Below, in pieces: positions 17,624 through 28,052 of a DNA stretch of 64,000 nucleotides. The stretch covers positions 1 to 64,000 of the IMG/VR virus record IMGVR_UViG_3300034158_000023; one strand, given 5' to 3'. Position 1 is the stretch's first letter. Every line of letters begins with the position of its first letter. The notes beneath the pieces were generated by a model. The model saw only the letters and a list, made by a program, of their open reading frames with translations. It searched no databases and was not told the DNA's origin. A program made the translations under genes and the position numbers.

Positions 17624-18898
17624 ATGAACCCACAAGTAAATAGAGCAAAGAAATTAGCAGCTCGAATCAAACAAAGCCTGATATCAGAGAAAGTGATACT
17701 AGACACTACTAGAGCGATAGGAACACTACTGCATCCACTACGTGCTCCTAAATCCTCTTTAGAGGAATATCTAAAAACCTTCACTCTAGGTATAAGTGTT
17801 AGCGAAGTCCACAAGCTGATAGATTTACTTCCATATGCCCACCCTCAGGTGAAAAGTTACATTTCATACGAGTTAGGTAATCACTCACCTGAATTAAAAG
17901 GTTGCTACAAATATCTTAGAAGTGAGGGTACTGTTACTATTCATACACCACCGACCCAAATACGTGTTGTTGTGCATCCTCCAACCAGACCAGTCGATGC
18001 AGTAACTATCACCCAGCTCGATGAAAAACAACGCACGTTACTAAAAGGAAATCTACCTGTGGACAAAGTACAAATTGCAGAAGAAATAATTAACACCACC
18101 AATGACGCTATTGGGATTATGTTCTATCAAGCCGATAAACCAAAGTGCCTAATGGAACACTTTCTAAGAGACTTCGATCTACAGTTAAGTGTTACTAACG
18201 TAATCGAGTTTTTAAATGCGCAGTATCCAGGTTGGGAAAAAAGTGGTGCTAGATGTTATTATGAACTTGGTAACATTTCCCCAACTACTACCACTCGTTT
18301 CATTTACAACCCAGATAACGGAGCTAGCGATATAGTTCCAATCCAGATGGTAGTCGATCTTAAGCGTGAGTCTAGCCCAGATTGGTTGTGTGCAAATATG
18401 CAACCTAAACCAGGCCCAGAAATTAAGTTGGAATTCACGGTCCCAGAAGGTATGGAACGTACACCATACTTTATGCGAGCTGTCCCTAAAACCGATCCTG
18501 TTAACCAAGGGGCTGCTGCTTTGGCTAACCAATTAGATACCATCGAACAAAAACTAAAGAATCAACTAGATTCTTTAGCGGCGCTCTTTTGGTTAGCCGA
18601 ACTTCCTAACGTAAGTTTAGCTCAGTATATCAGTGAGTTTAAATGGCCTACGGAAAAAGTAAAAATTAAGATTAACAAAGCTCCACTAACGTATAATGAT
18701 ACCCTCGAGATCTATCGACTCATGGCAGACACTTTACCTGTGGTTAATAATCTGTTTGTTAGAATAGAACAGGTGCGCTATAATCCACACTTAAAAGGTA
18801 AAATTGTCTTCCGTCCAGAACTCGACATCTGTGAGATTAAGACTAAGGTTGTTCCTAGTTTTGCACCAACCCCACATCAACATGATGGCAAGATTTGA
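17624..18898 (+). CDS. hypothetical protein with internal repeats
   Basis: Two copies of T..AIG.......PK...E.(Y/F)L..F.L..SV..V...YELGN.SP; CAAAAGGA leader. Confidence 0.8.
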   Translation: MNPQVNRAKKLAARIKQSLISEKVILDTTRAIGTLLHPLRAPKSSLEEYLKTFTLGISVSEVHKLIDLLPYAHPQVKSYISYELGNHSPELKGCYKYLRSEGTVTIHTPPTQIRVVVHPPTRPVDAVTITQLDEKQRTLLKGNLPVDKVQIAEEIINTTNDAIGIMFYQADKPKCLMEHFLRDFDLQLSVTNVIEFLNAQYPGWEKSGARCYYELGNISPTTTTRFIYNPDNGASDIVPIQMVVDLKRESSPDWLCANMQPKPGPEIKLEFTVPEGMERTPYFMRAVPKTDPVNQGAAALANQLDTIEQKLKNQLDSLAALFWLAELPNVSLAQYISEFKWPTEKVKIKINKAPLTYNDTLEIYRLMADTLPVVNNLFVRIEQVRYNPHLKGKIVFRPELDICEIKTKVVPSFAPTPHQHDGKI

Positions 18899-18927
18899 TA
18901 AACACAATTAAAATAAAAGGTTCGTGT

Positions 18928-19386
18928 ATGGAAGCTTTAGTAATGCATCTAGGTAAGGATGACTTACCTAGATTTATAGGGTTAGCGCACAAGTTCTTTC
19001 TAGCTAAAGACTTCGATAGCATTAATGAAGTCACTCGTCAAGCGCTAGATAAAGGTGGTGATGTTATTTTCTGGAGAGACCTCAGAAGAGCTAGTTCTGA
19101 ACGAGCTGGTTGGATAGCTGTACCTTATCGCAAGCCTAAGTTTTTACATCGTGACTTGGGCTCGTATAAATACGCTAGTTGGTGGGATAGTGCTAAAAGC
19201 TTAATAGAAGCTGGCGCTGAAGCTAACTACATGGGGGTTAGTAAAATCTTTATAGCCAACATCGCAAAACTGCTAGACACAGTGGATCGTTATGATCTAT
19301 TGCAGATATCTATTGTTTTTAAATCGGTGTCTCGTTCAAGTGTATCTTGTACGTTCACCTTCCACGAAGAAACGTTTGTCCATTAA
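18928..19386 (+). CDS. hypothetical protein
   Basis: Start reassigned to ATG 18928 behind AATAAAAGG. Confidence 0.75.
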   Translation: MEALVMHLGKDDLPRFIGLAHKFFLAKDFDSINEVTRQALDKGGDVIFWRDLRRASSERAGWIAVPYRKPKFLHRDLGSYKYASWWDSAKSLIEAGAEANYMGVSKIFIANIAKLLDTVDRYDLLQISIVFKSVSRSSVSCTFTFHEETFVH

Positions 19387-19395
19387 GGAGCAGTC

Positions 19396-19761
19396 ATGAG
19401 CTTAATCCATATACCGCGATCTATTGAGACTAATGTGCTTATGGCTGTACTTAAAGCCTTACTAGGTCAAAATGCTATTGCCGTAGAACAAGCGCAAGAA
19501 GCTATGCGTAAAGTAAAAGTGATTAACATTTTACGCGTAGTGGTTAACACGAAGAAGACTGAGGTTACGGTTTATGTCAATCGTAAAAAAGTACTTACTT
19601 ATACAGGGTTTGTTGCCTTACCTAGAGTAGCTACTTTAGAAGCTCATGCTTTAGTGAGCTCATCTGTCCCTCACGAAATTGCAACTAGTGAATTATTCAA
19701 TAAAGCCGATACCGTCCTGTCTAGACAAGGTGGTGGGTATTGGACATTCTCTGGTAAATAA
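19396..19761 (+). CDS. hypothetical protein
   Basis: 121-aa ORF, AAGGAG RBS. Confidence 0.75.
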   Translation: MSLIHIPRSIETNVLMAVLKALLGQNAIAVEQAQEAMRKVKVINILRVVVNTKKTEVTVYVNRKKVLTYTGFVALPRVATLEAHALVSSSVPHEIATSELFNKADTVLSRQGGGYWTFSGK

Positions 19762-19767
19762 TCCCTG

Positions 19768-19795
19768 GGGAGACTTCGGTCTCCCTCTATGCCGT
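19768..19795 (+). terminator. hairpin followed by TATGCCGT
   Basis: GGGAGAC-TTCG-GTCTCCC-TC-TATGCCGT. Confidence 0.75.
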
Positions 19796-19817
19796 CACAT
19801 CAAATTAGGAATCTATA

Positions 19818-20201
19818 ATGGAAAATCAAAACACTCCCGAAAAAGCGTCTGACACAGATCTATTTTTAGCCGCAGTCTGGGCACTTGCAGTAAAGTCTAT
19901 AACCAAAGAAGAAGCTTTAGCCAACATACAGCAATTAGATAAATTGCACTGTACTTCATTTACGATCTCTGTAGATGACCCGCGTGATATGACAAGTGAG
20001 GATTGGATTGCATTCTTTGCTTACGTACACACTTTAAATTGTGTAATTTCCAATAAAAATGCATTGGAACTACATGAGCAATACCGTGCTATGGTAAGTG
20101 ATATTGGCGAGGAAGTAGGTGCTCAATACCGATATACCTGCGAGCTACAGATATTTCCAGACGCTATGTTTGCAGATTTTAACCACGAGTTGTTAGATTA
20201 G
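19818..20201 (+). CDS. hypothetical protein
   Basis: 127-aa ORF, AGGA RBS. Confidence 0.75.
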   Translation: MENQNTPEKASDTDLFLAAVWALAVKSITKEEALANIQQLDKLHCTSFTISVDDPRDMTSEDWIAFFAYVHTLNCVISNKNALELHEQYRAMVSDIGEEVGAQYRYTCELQIFPDAMFADFNHELLD

Positions 20202-20235
20202 TTTTGTCATGTATTAAAATAAAAGGAATGCCGTT

Positions 20236-21597
20236 ATGTCTCTTGGTAACACGTTGGTGCTTGACCTTAACCGTAACAATCCACGCTTCACAGAAGCCCA
20301 GCTTAAATTTGTGGAAGACTCAATCTTACCTAAGTTAGAGTTTTGGGAAATCTGCCAGAATTACATCATTGTCAAACCAGAGTATAAAAATAAACGGTAC
20401 CGTAATAGTGGAATCTTATCGCTGCCGTTTAAATTATGCAAATTAATTTTATCTACCGCCAATCAAACAGAGGAGCAAGATTTTCTAGCGGAAGTAAATT
20501 GCAAACACCCAAATAACACTATTGGTTTAGTTAGTGTCTGTATAAAACCAGGCAGCATAGAGTTAAAAAATTATGCTCCAATTAAATGCACTATTACCGT
20601 AATATGTAGAATAGAGGTTATGCATTACGGTGGGGAGCATACTAAATCACATCTTGTTACCATGGAATACCCATGGGTAGCACAAGAAACTCAAAATAAT
20701 AAAAGGAATACTGAAGTGGCTACTAAAATTGTTAAACCGCACACTCGTAAAAACATCCCAGTTGTAGTAAACTTAGATAACTTCACAGCCGAAGACATCG
20801 GAGCGTTAGATGCTGAGTTATCTAACAATTTCCCATGTTGGAGACGTGACCACGGGTTAGTCTCCGTAGACGTGGAAAACTTCCCAGTGTACAAAAACAC
20901 GGGCACTCGTACAGACGTGTCTTTAAATTTAGCAATCGGTCATGGGGTGAAGTTACGTCCAGAAGACGATGCTATTCGTACAGGAATAGTAGATGAAACT
21001 ATTGCTCTGGTAAGCATTGATCTATTACCTACTAGACAACTGTGTTTCCGATTCATCATTAGTTATTACAAAAACAATCACTCTAAAGCTAAAAGTCTGC
21101 ATCACATGGAGTATATGGTTGACTTAGAACCAGAAACGTCAGATGTGCGTATCACTAGTTCTACAGTGAATGATAACGGTAAACTAATCCTCACAACTTC
21201 TGAAAGGGAGCAAATAAACACAGAGGTTGTAGTTGAAACTCCATTAACAGATGAAGACATTTGGTTAAAGTTAGTAAGCGTGCTGCTTTGGTACTGTGCA
21301 CAACCTACGGATTTAAATGTGTACATGAACAGTTTAAAAGCTGCTTTTAATATAACGCCAACTATTAAAACTGTGTTCTATTGCCATGTGAGTAAAATCC
21401 CAGATGATGTATCCGTAGCTATAGAACTATTTGCCAAGTGGCGGGATAAGTTTCCTTTGTTAACCGCTTTATTCTACATGTTAGAAATTCGTCGTTTAAA
21501 TGGAAAAGAGCAGTACGGCATATTTCCAGATCTAGAATTCACGTTTACTCTTGACCGCATGCGAGCAAGCTTTACCGAAATCAAACGCATAAGTTAA
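20236..21597 (+). CDS. hypothetical repeat protein, paralogue of 21657..22955
   Basis: Two internal repeats (F/C-W... and TI(G/A)LVS), plus a C-terminal DIW..LV..L...F.ITP domain shared with the next gene. Confidence 0.8.
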   Translation: MSLGNTLVLDLNRNNPRFTEAQLKFVEDSILPKLEFWEICQNYIIVKPEYKNKRYRNSGILSLPFKLCKLILSTANQTEEQDFLAEVNCKHPNNTIGLVSVCIKPGSIELKNYAPIKCTITVICRIEVMHYGGEHTKSHLVTMEYPWVAQETQNNKRNTEVATKIVKPHTRKNIPVVVNLDNFTAEDIGALDAELSNNFPCWRRDHGLVSVDVENFPVYKNTGTRTDVSLNLAIGHGVKLRPEDDAIRTGIVDETIALVSIDLLPTRQLCFRFIISYYKNNHSKAKSLHHMEYMVDLEPETSDVRITSSTVNDNGKLILTTSEREQINTEVVVETPLTDEDIWLKLVSVLLWYCAQPTDLNVYMNSLKAAFNITPTIKTVFYCHVSKIPDDVSVAIELFAKWRDKFPLLTALFYMLEIRRLNGKEQYGIFPDLEFTFTLDRMRASFTEIKRIS

Positions 21598-21607
21598 ATA
21601 CCACTCC

Positions 21608-21636
21608 GTGGGTTAGACACAACTAACCCACTTTTT
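21608..21636 (+). terminator. intrinsic terminator
   Basis: GTGGGTTAG-ACACAA-CTAACCCAC-TTTTT. Confidence 0.75.
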
Positions 21637-21656
21637 ATAATAAAAGGAATACCACA

Positions 21657-22955
21657 ATGACAAAAGTAACAGATGCTTTAGTTTTACAAATGACTTCACC
21701 TGCGGAATTAGCAGCTGTAAACAAAATATTAAAAGCGCATTTTCCCTTATGGGAACTGGTAGGTAATAAAGTTTACGTGGCACAATCTGCTCAGAGCCAA
21801 GCTAAAGTAAATTGGAAATGGATTACATTACCAGTAGATGCCTGGTTAGTCCGCGCGCTAATAAAGTTGGATAGTCTAATTGGGGTTGGTGCCCCTGTAG
21901 ACATCGACGTCGATTTAACTAACCCAAATAACACCGTAGCTTTAATGGATATACGTTTATACGCAGATGACAATGACGTAATGTGTATTGGTTTTACCTT
22001 TAGACTAAGTTTTGTACCTACAGGTAAGAAAGGTAATAAAGTAGTTAACTTAAGCGCGTCATTTGTATTAACCGAAGTACAAGCAGATGTCCAGCACGTA
22101 ACTGACCCATTAGATATACCAGGGTTAGCTTCAGGCGCTATAGGAAAAGAATTATTTGAAGTGGTAGCAAACGTCCTACAGCGCGACTACCCTATGTGGG
22201 AGCTAGAAGATGGTAAAGTTTACATAACCGAAAATTTCCAATCTGTGGCGGAAGTAATTTATGTATACAAAGGTGCTGGTGCACCAGTAGAAGAGATCAT
22301 TAGTTTACCAATTAATGCATATACGTTACATCAACTACTACGTCGTAACCACGACTCCGAAGTAGGCGTTTTAGTAGATGCCGATTTCGATATAGATAAC
22401 CCTAACCATAAAATCCACTTACTAGACATTTACATATGTTCGGAAAGTGACACTCCGCAGATAGGTTTTATATTCCAGGTTAATTTGGCTACACGTAACT
22501 CTTCTACAAGAAAACCAGTTAACTTACACGCGTTATATCCACTGCCAGTATTACCCCTACTGCCGTTGCCATCAGCTAGTTTCGATGGAGATGAATTCAC
22601 AGATTCCATCAAAACCACAAAAACTGATAGTATCTGGGAAAACTTAGTAGCTGCACTGATCTTTAGTTGCACCGACTATGGTACTTTAGAAGAGTTTATA
22701 ATTAACATTAAAGGTTCGTTTTTCATAACCCCAATTGTTAATGTGGAAGGTACTGCATTGGTACGTACAGATGCAGAAATGGATGATGTGGTTAACATGT
22801 TCCAGGATGTAGGGTATAAATATCCAGATCTGTTGGCTATTTTCCACCTGATCCAATATCTACGACTCTCTAATGACAACAAACTTAAGTTGGCGTCTGT
22901 GAGTTTTAACTATCCGGATAAAACCTCCAGATACATATTAAGCCAACCATTCTAG
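21657..22955 (+). CDS. hypothetical repeat protein, paralogue of 20236..21597
   Basis: Duplicated P.WEL...KVY...I.LP..A...NPN....L.DI...IGF.F...VNL.A unit. Confidence 0.8.
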   Translation: MTKVTDALVLQMTSPAELAAVNKILKAHFPLWELVGNKVYVAQSAQSQAKVNWKWITLPVDAWLVRALIKLDSLIGVGAPVDIDVDLTNPNNTVALMDIRLYADDNDVMCIGFTFRLSFVPTGKKGNKVVNLSASFVLTEVQADVQHVTDPLDIPGLASGAIGKELFEVVANVLQRDYPMWELEDGKVYITENFQSVAEVIYVYKGAGAPVEEIISLPINAYTLHQLLRRNHDSEVGVLVDADFDIDNPNHKIHLLDIYICSESDTPQIGFIFQVNLATRNSSTRKPVNLHALYPLPVLPLLPLPSASFDGDEFTDSIKTTKTDSIWENLVAALIFSCTDYGTLEEFIINIKGSFFITPIVNVEGTALVRTDAEMDDVVNMFQDVGYKYPDLLAIFHLIQYLRLSNDNKLKLASVSFNYPDKTSRYILSQPF

Positions 22956-22963
22956 GAGGGGTT

Positions 22964-24115
22964 ATGGATTACGGAATAATTAATGAACTTCAGAGAATGC
23001 GCCCTGGGGAATCTCTATGTCTTGACGAAGGTATCTCAGTTAGAGACTTAGATTACGTCATGGCGTTATTTATGTTTAACCCAACGTTATCTGGGGTTAA
23101 TGTTCTACGTAAATTAGGACAAGACAAATTTAAACGAGGTGAGTACGGTTGTAACTACCATTATGATGTATTTCTTTTATACTGCTATGGTAGCACAGAA
23201 GTAGTTGGATACGCTTTGCGCTTTTTCGGCGGGTTATTTCCAACTGCTACATACTCTAACACTGAGTGGTTAGCTGGTTTTGCTGTTCAGGATACTTTAG
23301 ACTTAGTGGGTAAGTTCTTACCTACGGTACTCAGGAAGTCAGGTGCGGTTAGAAGTTGTGAGTATTACTGGGGAGATGCCCTAAACTCAAAACTAGCTAG
23401 CAATCGACTAACACTAGATTTTAAATCTAATGCCAAAGAACACTTAGTGTTTTCTGAGTTTATCACTAAATACCCGGACATACAAAACGCTCAGAGTTTA
23501 GATTTATTGCCGACTGATAAAGTTCTGATAAAAGTGCAGGAAGTAGCGTTTACTGGTTATGCTGCTGAGTGTACATATGAACTGTCTGGGAATACATTCC
23601 CTACTGTGACTGGTGTACTTAGTATCCAACTAATGATACCACTGCGAGAAGCTATCATTACCCAAATTAATGAATTGGTTAATGTGGTGGCTAAACGAAC
23701 ACTAGGGGATGCAGAGATGCCCAAATTAGAAATACGAGCAGAGCCGATGGGGTATAATCCTCCCATTAACCTTACAACAACTGTTAATGATGCAGTAGCA
23801 GCATTGGTTTGGAGAGCTAATCCTAACCATAGCTTGCAAGAAACGGTTGATAACGTTTCTAATATGGTGAACTACATGCCATTCATTAGTGTTGCATGTG
23901 CCCTTGAAAAGAGGGCACCTTGCAGCGATATGAACGTATCTGATTATCATGCCATGTTTAACGTAGTTGGGTTACCTGACTGGGTTGTGATAGCTTACCA
24001 TCAATTAGAATTAGTGTTACTACAGTCTCCTAAAGTGACTACTAACCTAATTATTGATACTGGCGGCAAATCTGTTACAGTAAGATCTAACCCAACCATA
24101 CCTTCTAACTTCTAA
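22964..24115 (+). CDS. hypothetical protein
   Basis: AGGAGG RBS; TVNDAVAALVWRA segment resembles motifs in neighbouring genes. Confidence 0.8.
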   Translation: MDYGIINELQRMRPGESLCLDEGISVRDLDYVMALFMFNPTLSGVNVLRKLGQDKFKRGEYGCNYHYDVFLLYCYGSTEVVGYALRFFGGLFPTATYSNTEWLAGFAVQDTLDLVGKFLPTVLRKSGAVRSCEYYWGDALNSKLASNRLTLDFKSNAKEHLVFSEFITKYPDIQNAQSLDLLPTDKVLIKVQEVAFTGYAAECTYELSGNTFPTVTGVLSIQLMIPLREAIITQINELVNVVAKRTLGDAEMPKLEIRAEPMGYNPPINLTTTVNDAVAALVWRANPNHSLQETVDNVSNMVNYMPFISVACALEKRAPCSDMNVSDYHAMFNVVGLPDWVVIAYHQLELVLLQSPKVTTNLIIDTGGKSVTVRSNPTIPSNF

Positions 24116-24124
24116 AGTTAAGAG

Positions 24125-24160
24125 ACGGCAAAAATAGGAGCATTGCGCTCCTATTTTTTT
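24125..24160. terminator. bidirectional terminator
   Basis: ACGGC-AAAAATAGGAGC-ATTGC-GCTCCTATTTTT between convergent genes. Confidence 0.85.
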
Positions 24161-25139
24161 AGATTGAATCACGAGGTCCTTGGATGGTTTTACTAGAGGT
24201 AATACCATTTGCAGTCATTGGCCCCTCAAAGGTACTAGAGCCAGCTATGTCCAGACCAGCACCTCCTGTAATCCCCCCAGTCACCTTTAGAGAACCAGTA
24301 AACTCAGCAGTAGGACTGTCTACTAAAAACGTATCAGACTTATTAAACCAGTCAACGCATCTATAAGTTACGTTACCTTCTACGATGTTTTTGTAATTAC
24401 CACCGACAGTAGTCGTAAAGTCACCACCTACGTCTAGAGTGTAATTAGCATCACACTTAAAGATGAAGTCATCCGGTGCGTACATGTGGATATTTCTTTT
24501 ATTAAGAGAGACCTCGGTTAAATCTCTATTATGTAAAGTTATCTTAGTCTCAGAGCTGTCTAATTCGATCCAGGTATCGTCGTCATCCGATAAAGTTACG
24601 CAACTTTCAGCTAAGTTAAACTGGAAAGTATATTTAAACGCTTCACCATTAGATTTGGACGTAGTTAAGTTGATCAGCTTCTTATGGGAATTGATCTCAA
24701 ACACGTGACAGTTGTCAATATCTAGTTTGTCATCACTTAAACCATCAGGTAAGTTACTGAACCTGTATATAACAGTCTCTAAACGTCGTAGGTGATCGTC
24801 TAAGCCCAAACTAACCCAATAGAATAAGTCGCTATCGGCAAATCTATAAATCGCTACACGCTCGTCTCTACGCACGTCAGGAGACGACTTGCGGTTACTA
24901 CCCCATTGCAACCATTTACATTTAATAGCTTGTCTAGTGACAATCTTAACTGTATAAGTTTTCCCTTCTTCATCTACACCAGTTGTTTCTAGTTCGGTGT
25001 CTTCTACTGCTAACTCCCCATCTAATAATGGTAGAATCTCAATAGGGATAACTAACGCCACATCTGTACTGGTAGGTTTATTTTCAGCCACTCTGCCGTA
25101 AGAGTATAATCTGAGTTTAGATTGATTTTCAGCAGTCAT
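24159..25139 (-). CDS. baseplate central spike protein (gp5/VgrG-like; phiKZ gp164-like)
   Basis: OB-fold-like N-terminus (PDVRRDERV) and octapeptide beta-helix repeats YTLDVGGD/FTTTVGGN/YKNIVEGN. Confidence 0.75.
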   Translation of the reverse strand: MTAENQSKLRLYSYGRVAENKPTSTDVALVIPIEILPLLDGELAVEDTELETTGVDEEGKTYTVKIVTRQAIKCKWLQWGSNRKSSPDVRRDERVAIYRFADSDLFYWVSLGLDDHLRRLETVIYRFSNLPDGLSDDKLDIDNCHVFEINSHKKLINLTTSKSNGEAFKYTFQFNLAESCVTLSDDDDTWIELDSSETKITLHNRDLTEVSLNKRNIHMYAPDDFIFKCDANYTLDVGGDFTTTVGGNYKNIVEGNVTYRCVDWFNKSDTFLVDSPTAEFTGSLKVTGGITGGAGLDIAGSSTFEGPMTANGITSSKTIQGPRDSI

Positions 25140-25205
25140 CGCTGTCTCCTATCATAATTTATTAGACGTCCACATTAAATGTAACCTTTCACATAGGTAT
25201 CTGTA

Positions 25206-27668
25206 ATGTCTATATTAAAAATTCTATATTTGCGTTTAGTTAAAAACCGTCGTTTGTTGTCTAAAGGTACTATGGAGGTTGTCTACACACCAGAGTCACC
25301 CATGCAGTTGATCTTAGGATCCAACGGTTATGGTAAAAGTACCTTAGCAGAAGAAATGTCCGTGTTACCAGGGGTTCCCAAGAACTATAGGAAAGGAGGT
25401 TCCAAGCACGTCATTGCTGAATTTAACGAATCTAAGTATGAGCTCATAAGTAACTTCGAAAGCTCGCCATACCATTCGTTCTTAAAAGATGGCGTAGAAC
25501 TTAACGATGGTCACACCTTTTCCGTACAGAAAATGTTAGTAGAACAGCATTTCCAATACACCAGCGATATACATGCGCTACTGTTAGGAAAACTAAAATT
25601 TACTCGCATGACTACGGCACAAAGAAAAGACTGGTTAGTTAAACTGTCGCCTAACGATGTGAGTTATGCTATCAACTTATATAAAGACTTATTGGTACAG
25701 TCTAGAAACGTTGCAGGAGCTTCTAAGCACACCGCTACGAAGATAGTAGAGACTACCGCAGCACTACTACCTCCTGAAGTCGTTGAATCCTTACAAGAGC
25801 AGTCACAAGCTTTAATCGCTACTATCCAGCAACTGCATAACTTAAAAACTAACAGTCCTGTGGATCCTTCCACTGAGGTAACTATAAGTAACTTTAAAGG
25901 CTCTGCGGAAAGCCTGAGAAAGACTTTAGTAGCACAGAAGGCCATGGTAAGGGAAAAGTATAATCCAGCGTTAGAATTGGAATTAGATGCCATTACGATA
26001 GCTCACGCTAAAGCATCTCAAGCATTGACTAGTGAGCTAAAGGAGTTTGAACGTTGTGAAGAAATTCTGAGTAACATAGTTTACTCCGATGGGCGTACTA
26101 ACGAAGAGATAGAAGAAGAAACTGAGACCTTCCGTAGATTTCTCAAGTGTGGTTATGATCGCAAAGGTTTCATCAAACCTAAGTTGCCAGTTCAAGGAGA
26201 GAAAACGCTTCTAGCTATCATGGGCGGGTTCTTAGATAACCTAAGTGATGTAACTCCTAACCCAGATAAAACGTTGTTTAATCCAGAGAAGGAAAAAGGT
26301 AATCGATTAGCTGCTCATCAGTTGGGTATAGAGATAGCTAAGAATGAAAACTTCTTACTTAGAGCTCACTCCAAACTAGATGAACTTAACAATGCCATTA
26401 AAGTTAACTGTGGTAAGTGCGGTCACGAATGGTTGTTAAATCATGATGAGACTGAAAAGGCTAGAGTGGAAGCTTTCATCAAAGGCACTACTAGTTTAAT
26501 AGAAAACCAAAAGTTAGAGTTAGCTGACATTGAAGTCTGGATAACTGATTGTGCTAAATGGAACCGTCAGTTTGAATATCTGTTAGGGTTAGAAAGGAAT
26601 TTCCCTGAGTTAGATTTTCTTATTGACTACGTGTTAACTAGCGGGATGTTTTTCAATACTCCAGAGCAACTTAGGTATATATTACCTAAGTGTGTATCAT
26701 ACGTACAAAAACGAGTAGAAGAACTTGAGTTAGAGGAAAAAATAAAACTTAACACCAGTATTCTAGAACGTCGTCGTAGTGAAGAGCAGTCTAATACTGT
26801 ATCTGTTCGCACTAGGTTACAAGAACTAGAAAAAGAAATTGAACAAGGCCATTTACAAGTAGATGTCTTAGCTAAACAAAAAGTACAAGTAGAGGATACC
26901 TTACGCAATTATAAAACTTTGAAACAAACTTACCAGTCTACTCTAGTAGCTATGGATAAGTTCATAGAGGCTAGTAAGAAAAAGCTTCTAACTGATTTAG
27001 ATGTAATGTTGACAGCAGAGCTAGATGTGTTATACGGACAACTAGCTAAACTGAATGAAACCATTTCAGATGTTAAGTCCAAGGAAGCTATCTTAAAACA
27101 TTTAAACGCTTCAAAAGTAGAGCTAGAAGAAGATAATGAAATATATAAAATGTTGATCGAACATATCTCACCCTCAAGTGGTTTGATCGCCGACGTGTTA
27201 TTAGGATTCATTAAAACTCTTACTGCTCAACTAAATGACTTGATCAGAAAAGTATGGACTACCCCACTGTTTATTATGCCGTGTGGTATGGACTCTACTG
27301 ATCTTAATTACAAGTTCCCATTACAGTCTAAGGATAATCAAAATGGAAGTGCCGATGTATCTGAAGCTAGTGAAGGTGAGTTGGAGTTAATCGACTTTGT
27401 GTTTATGATGGTGGCCAGACACTACCTAGGTTATGGTAAGTATCCATTATACCTAGATGAAGTCGGTAGATGTTTCCATGAAACCCATAGAGCCAACTTG
27501 TACAACTATGTTAAGCTGTTAATAGAAGCAGGGCTAGTATGTCAAGTATTTGTTATTAGTCACTTTGAATCCACTTATAAAACTTTAACCCATGCAGATG
27601 TTAACGTGATGGATCCTACAGGTGTATTAGTCACCCCTGGAGCCAACAAATGTCTGCAAATTAAATAG
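25206..27668 (+). CDS. sbcC: SbcC/Rad50-like SMC ATPase
   Basis: Walker A GSNGYGKST, coiled coils, central CGKC zinc hook, signature ASEGE, Walker B LYLDE, H-loop ISH. Confidence 0.93.
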   Translation: MSILKILYLRLVKNRRLLSKGTMEVVYTPESPMQLILGSNGYGKSTLAEEMSVLPGVPKNYRKGGSKHVIAEFNESKYELISNFESSPYHSFLKDGVELNDGHTFSVQKMLVEQHFQYTSDIHALLLGKLKFTRMTTAQRKDWLVKLSPNDVSYAINLYKDLLVQSRNVAGASKHTATKIVETTAALLPPEVVESLQEQSQALIATIQQLHNLKTNSPVDPSTEVTISNFKGSAESLRKTLVAQKAMVREKYNPALELELDAITIAHAKASQALTSELKEFERCEEILSNIVYSDGRTNEEIEEETETFRRFLKCGYDRKGFIKPKLPVQGEKTLLAIMGGFLDNLSDVTPNPDKTLFNPEKEKGNRLAAHQLGIEIAKNENFLLRAHSKLDELNNAIKVNCGKCGHEWLLNHDETEKARVEAFIKGTTSLIENQKLELADIEVWITDCAKWNRQFEYLLGLERNFPELDFLIDYVLTSGMFFNTPEQLRYILPKCVSYVQKRVEELELEEKIKLNTSILERRRSEEQSNTVSVRTRLQELEKEIEQGHLQVDVLAKQKVQVEDTLRNYKTLKQTYQSTLVAMDKFIEASKKKLLTDLDVMLTAELDVLYGQLAKLNETISDVKSKEAILKHLNASKVELEEDNEIYKMLIEHISPSSGLIADVLLGFIKTLTAQLNDLIRKVWTTPLFIMPCGMDSTDLNYKFPLQSKDNQNGSADVSEASEGELELIDFVFMMVARHYLGYGKYPLYLDEVGRCFHETHRANLYNYVKLLIEAGLVCQVFVISHFESTYKTLTHADVNVMDPTGVLVTPGANKCLQIK

Positions 27669-27681
27669 AAGAGAATGTAGT

Positions 27682-28041
27682 ATGCTAAAACGATTGATCG
27701 CATTTTTTACCCGTAAGAAGATCCCCATCCCTAAACTTAATCTGGTTTCTCCTAAGGAGCTGGAGAACTATCGGAAACCTGTGTTAACACCTACGCAGGC
27801 TAAGCGTTTGTTTAACATGTTACACGCTACCCTAGTAAGCCACACAGTAAACGAATCAGATACTTTGGCAAAGTACTTATTTACTTATTGCCAATTACCA
27901 TCTGGTGTGTACGACACAGATAAAGTTATCACGACGGCCAATTATTTACTAAAGCAGATTTGGTATGCTGATGGTAAGTTCCACTGTTACGATAAAGCCC
28001 TAACCGCAACTTATCTGAAATTCAGAGGCATCCCTAAGTAA
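27682..28041 (+). CDS. hypothetical protein
   Basis: 119-aa ORF in operon context. Confidence 0.7.
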   Translation: MLKRLIAFFTRKKIPIPKLNLVSPKELENYRKPVLTPTQAKRLFNMLHATLVSHTVNESDTLAKYLFTYCQLPSGVYDTDKVITTANYLLKQIWYADGKFHCYDKALTATYLKFRGIPK

Positions 28042-28052
28042 GGAGATTTGCT

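Noticed and set aside
27275-27282. TATGCCGT inside sbcC
   Set aside because: No adjacent hairpin and it lies within coding sequence (IMPC); consistent with a chance occurrence
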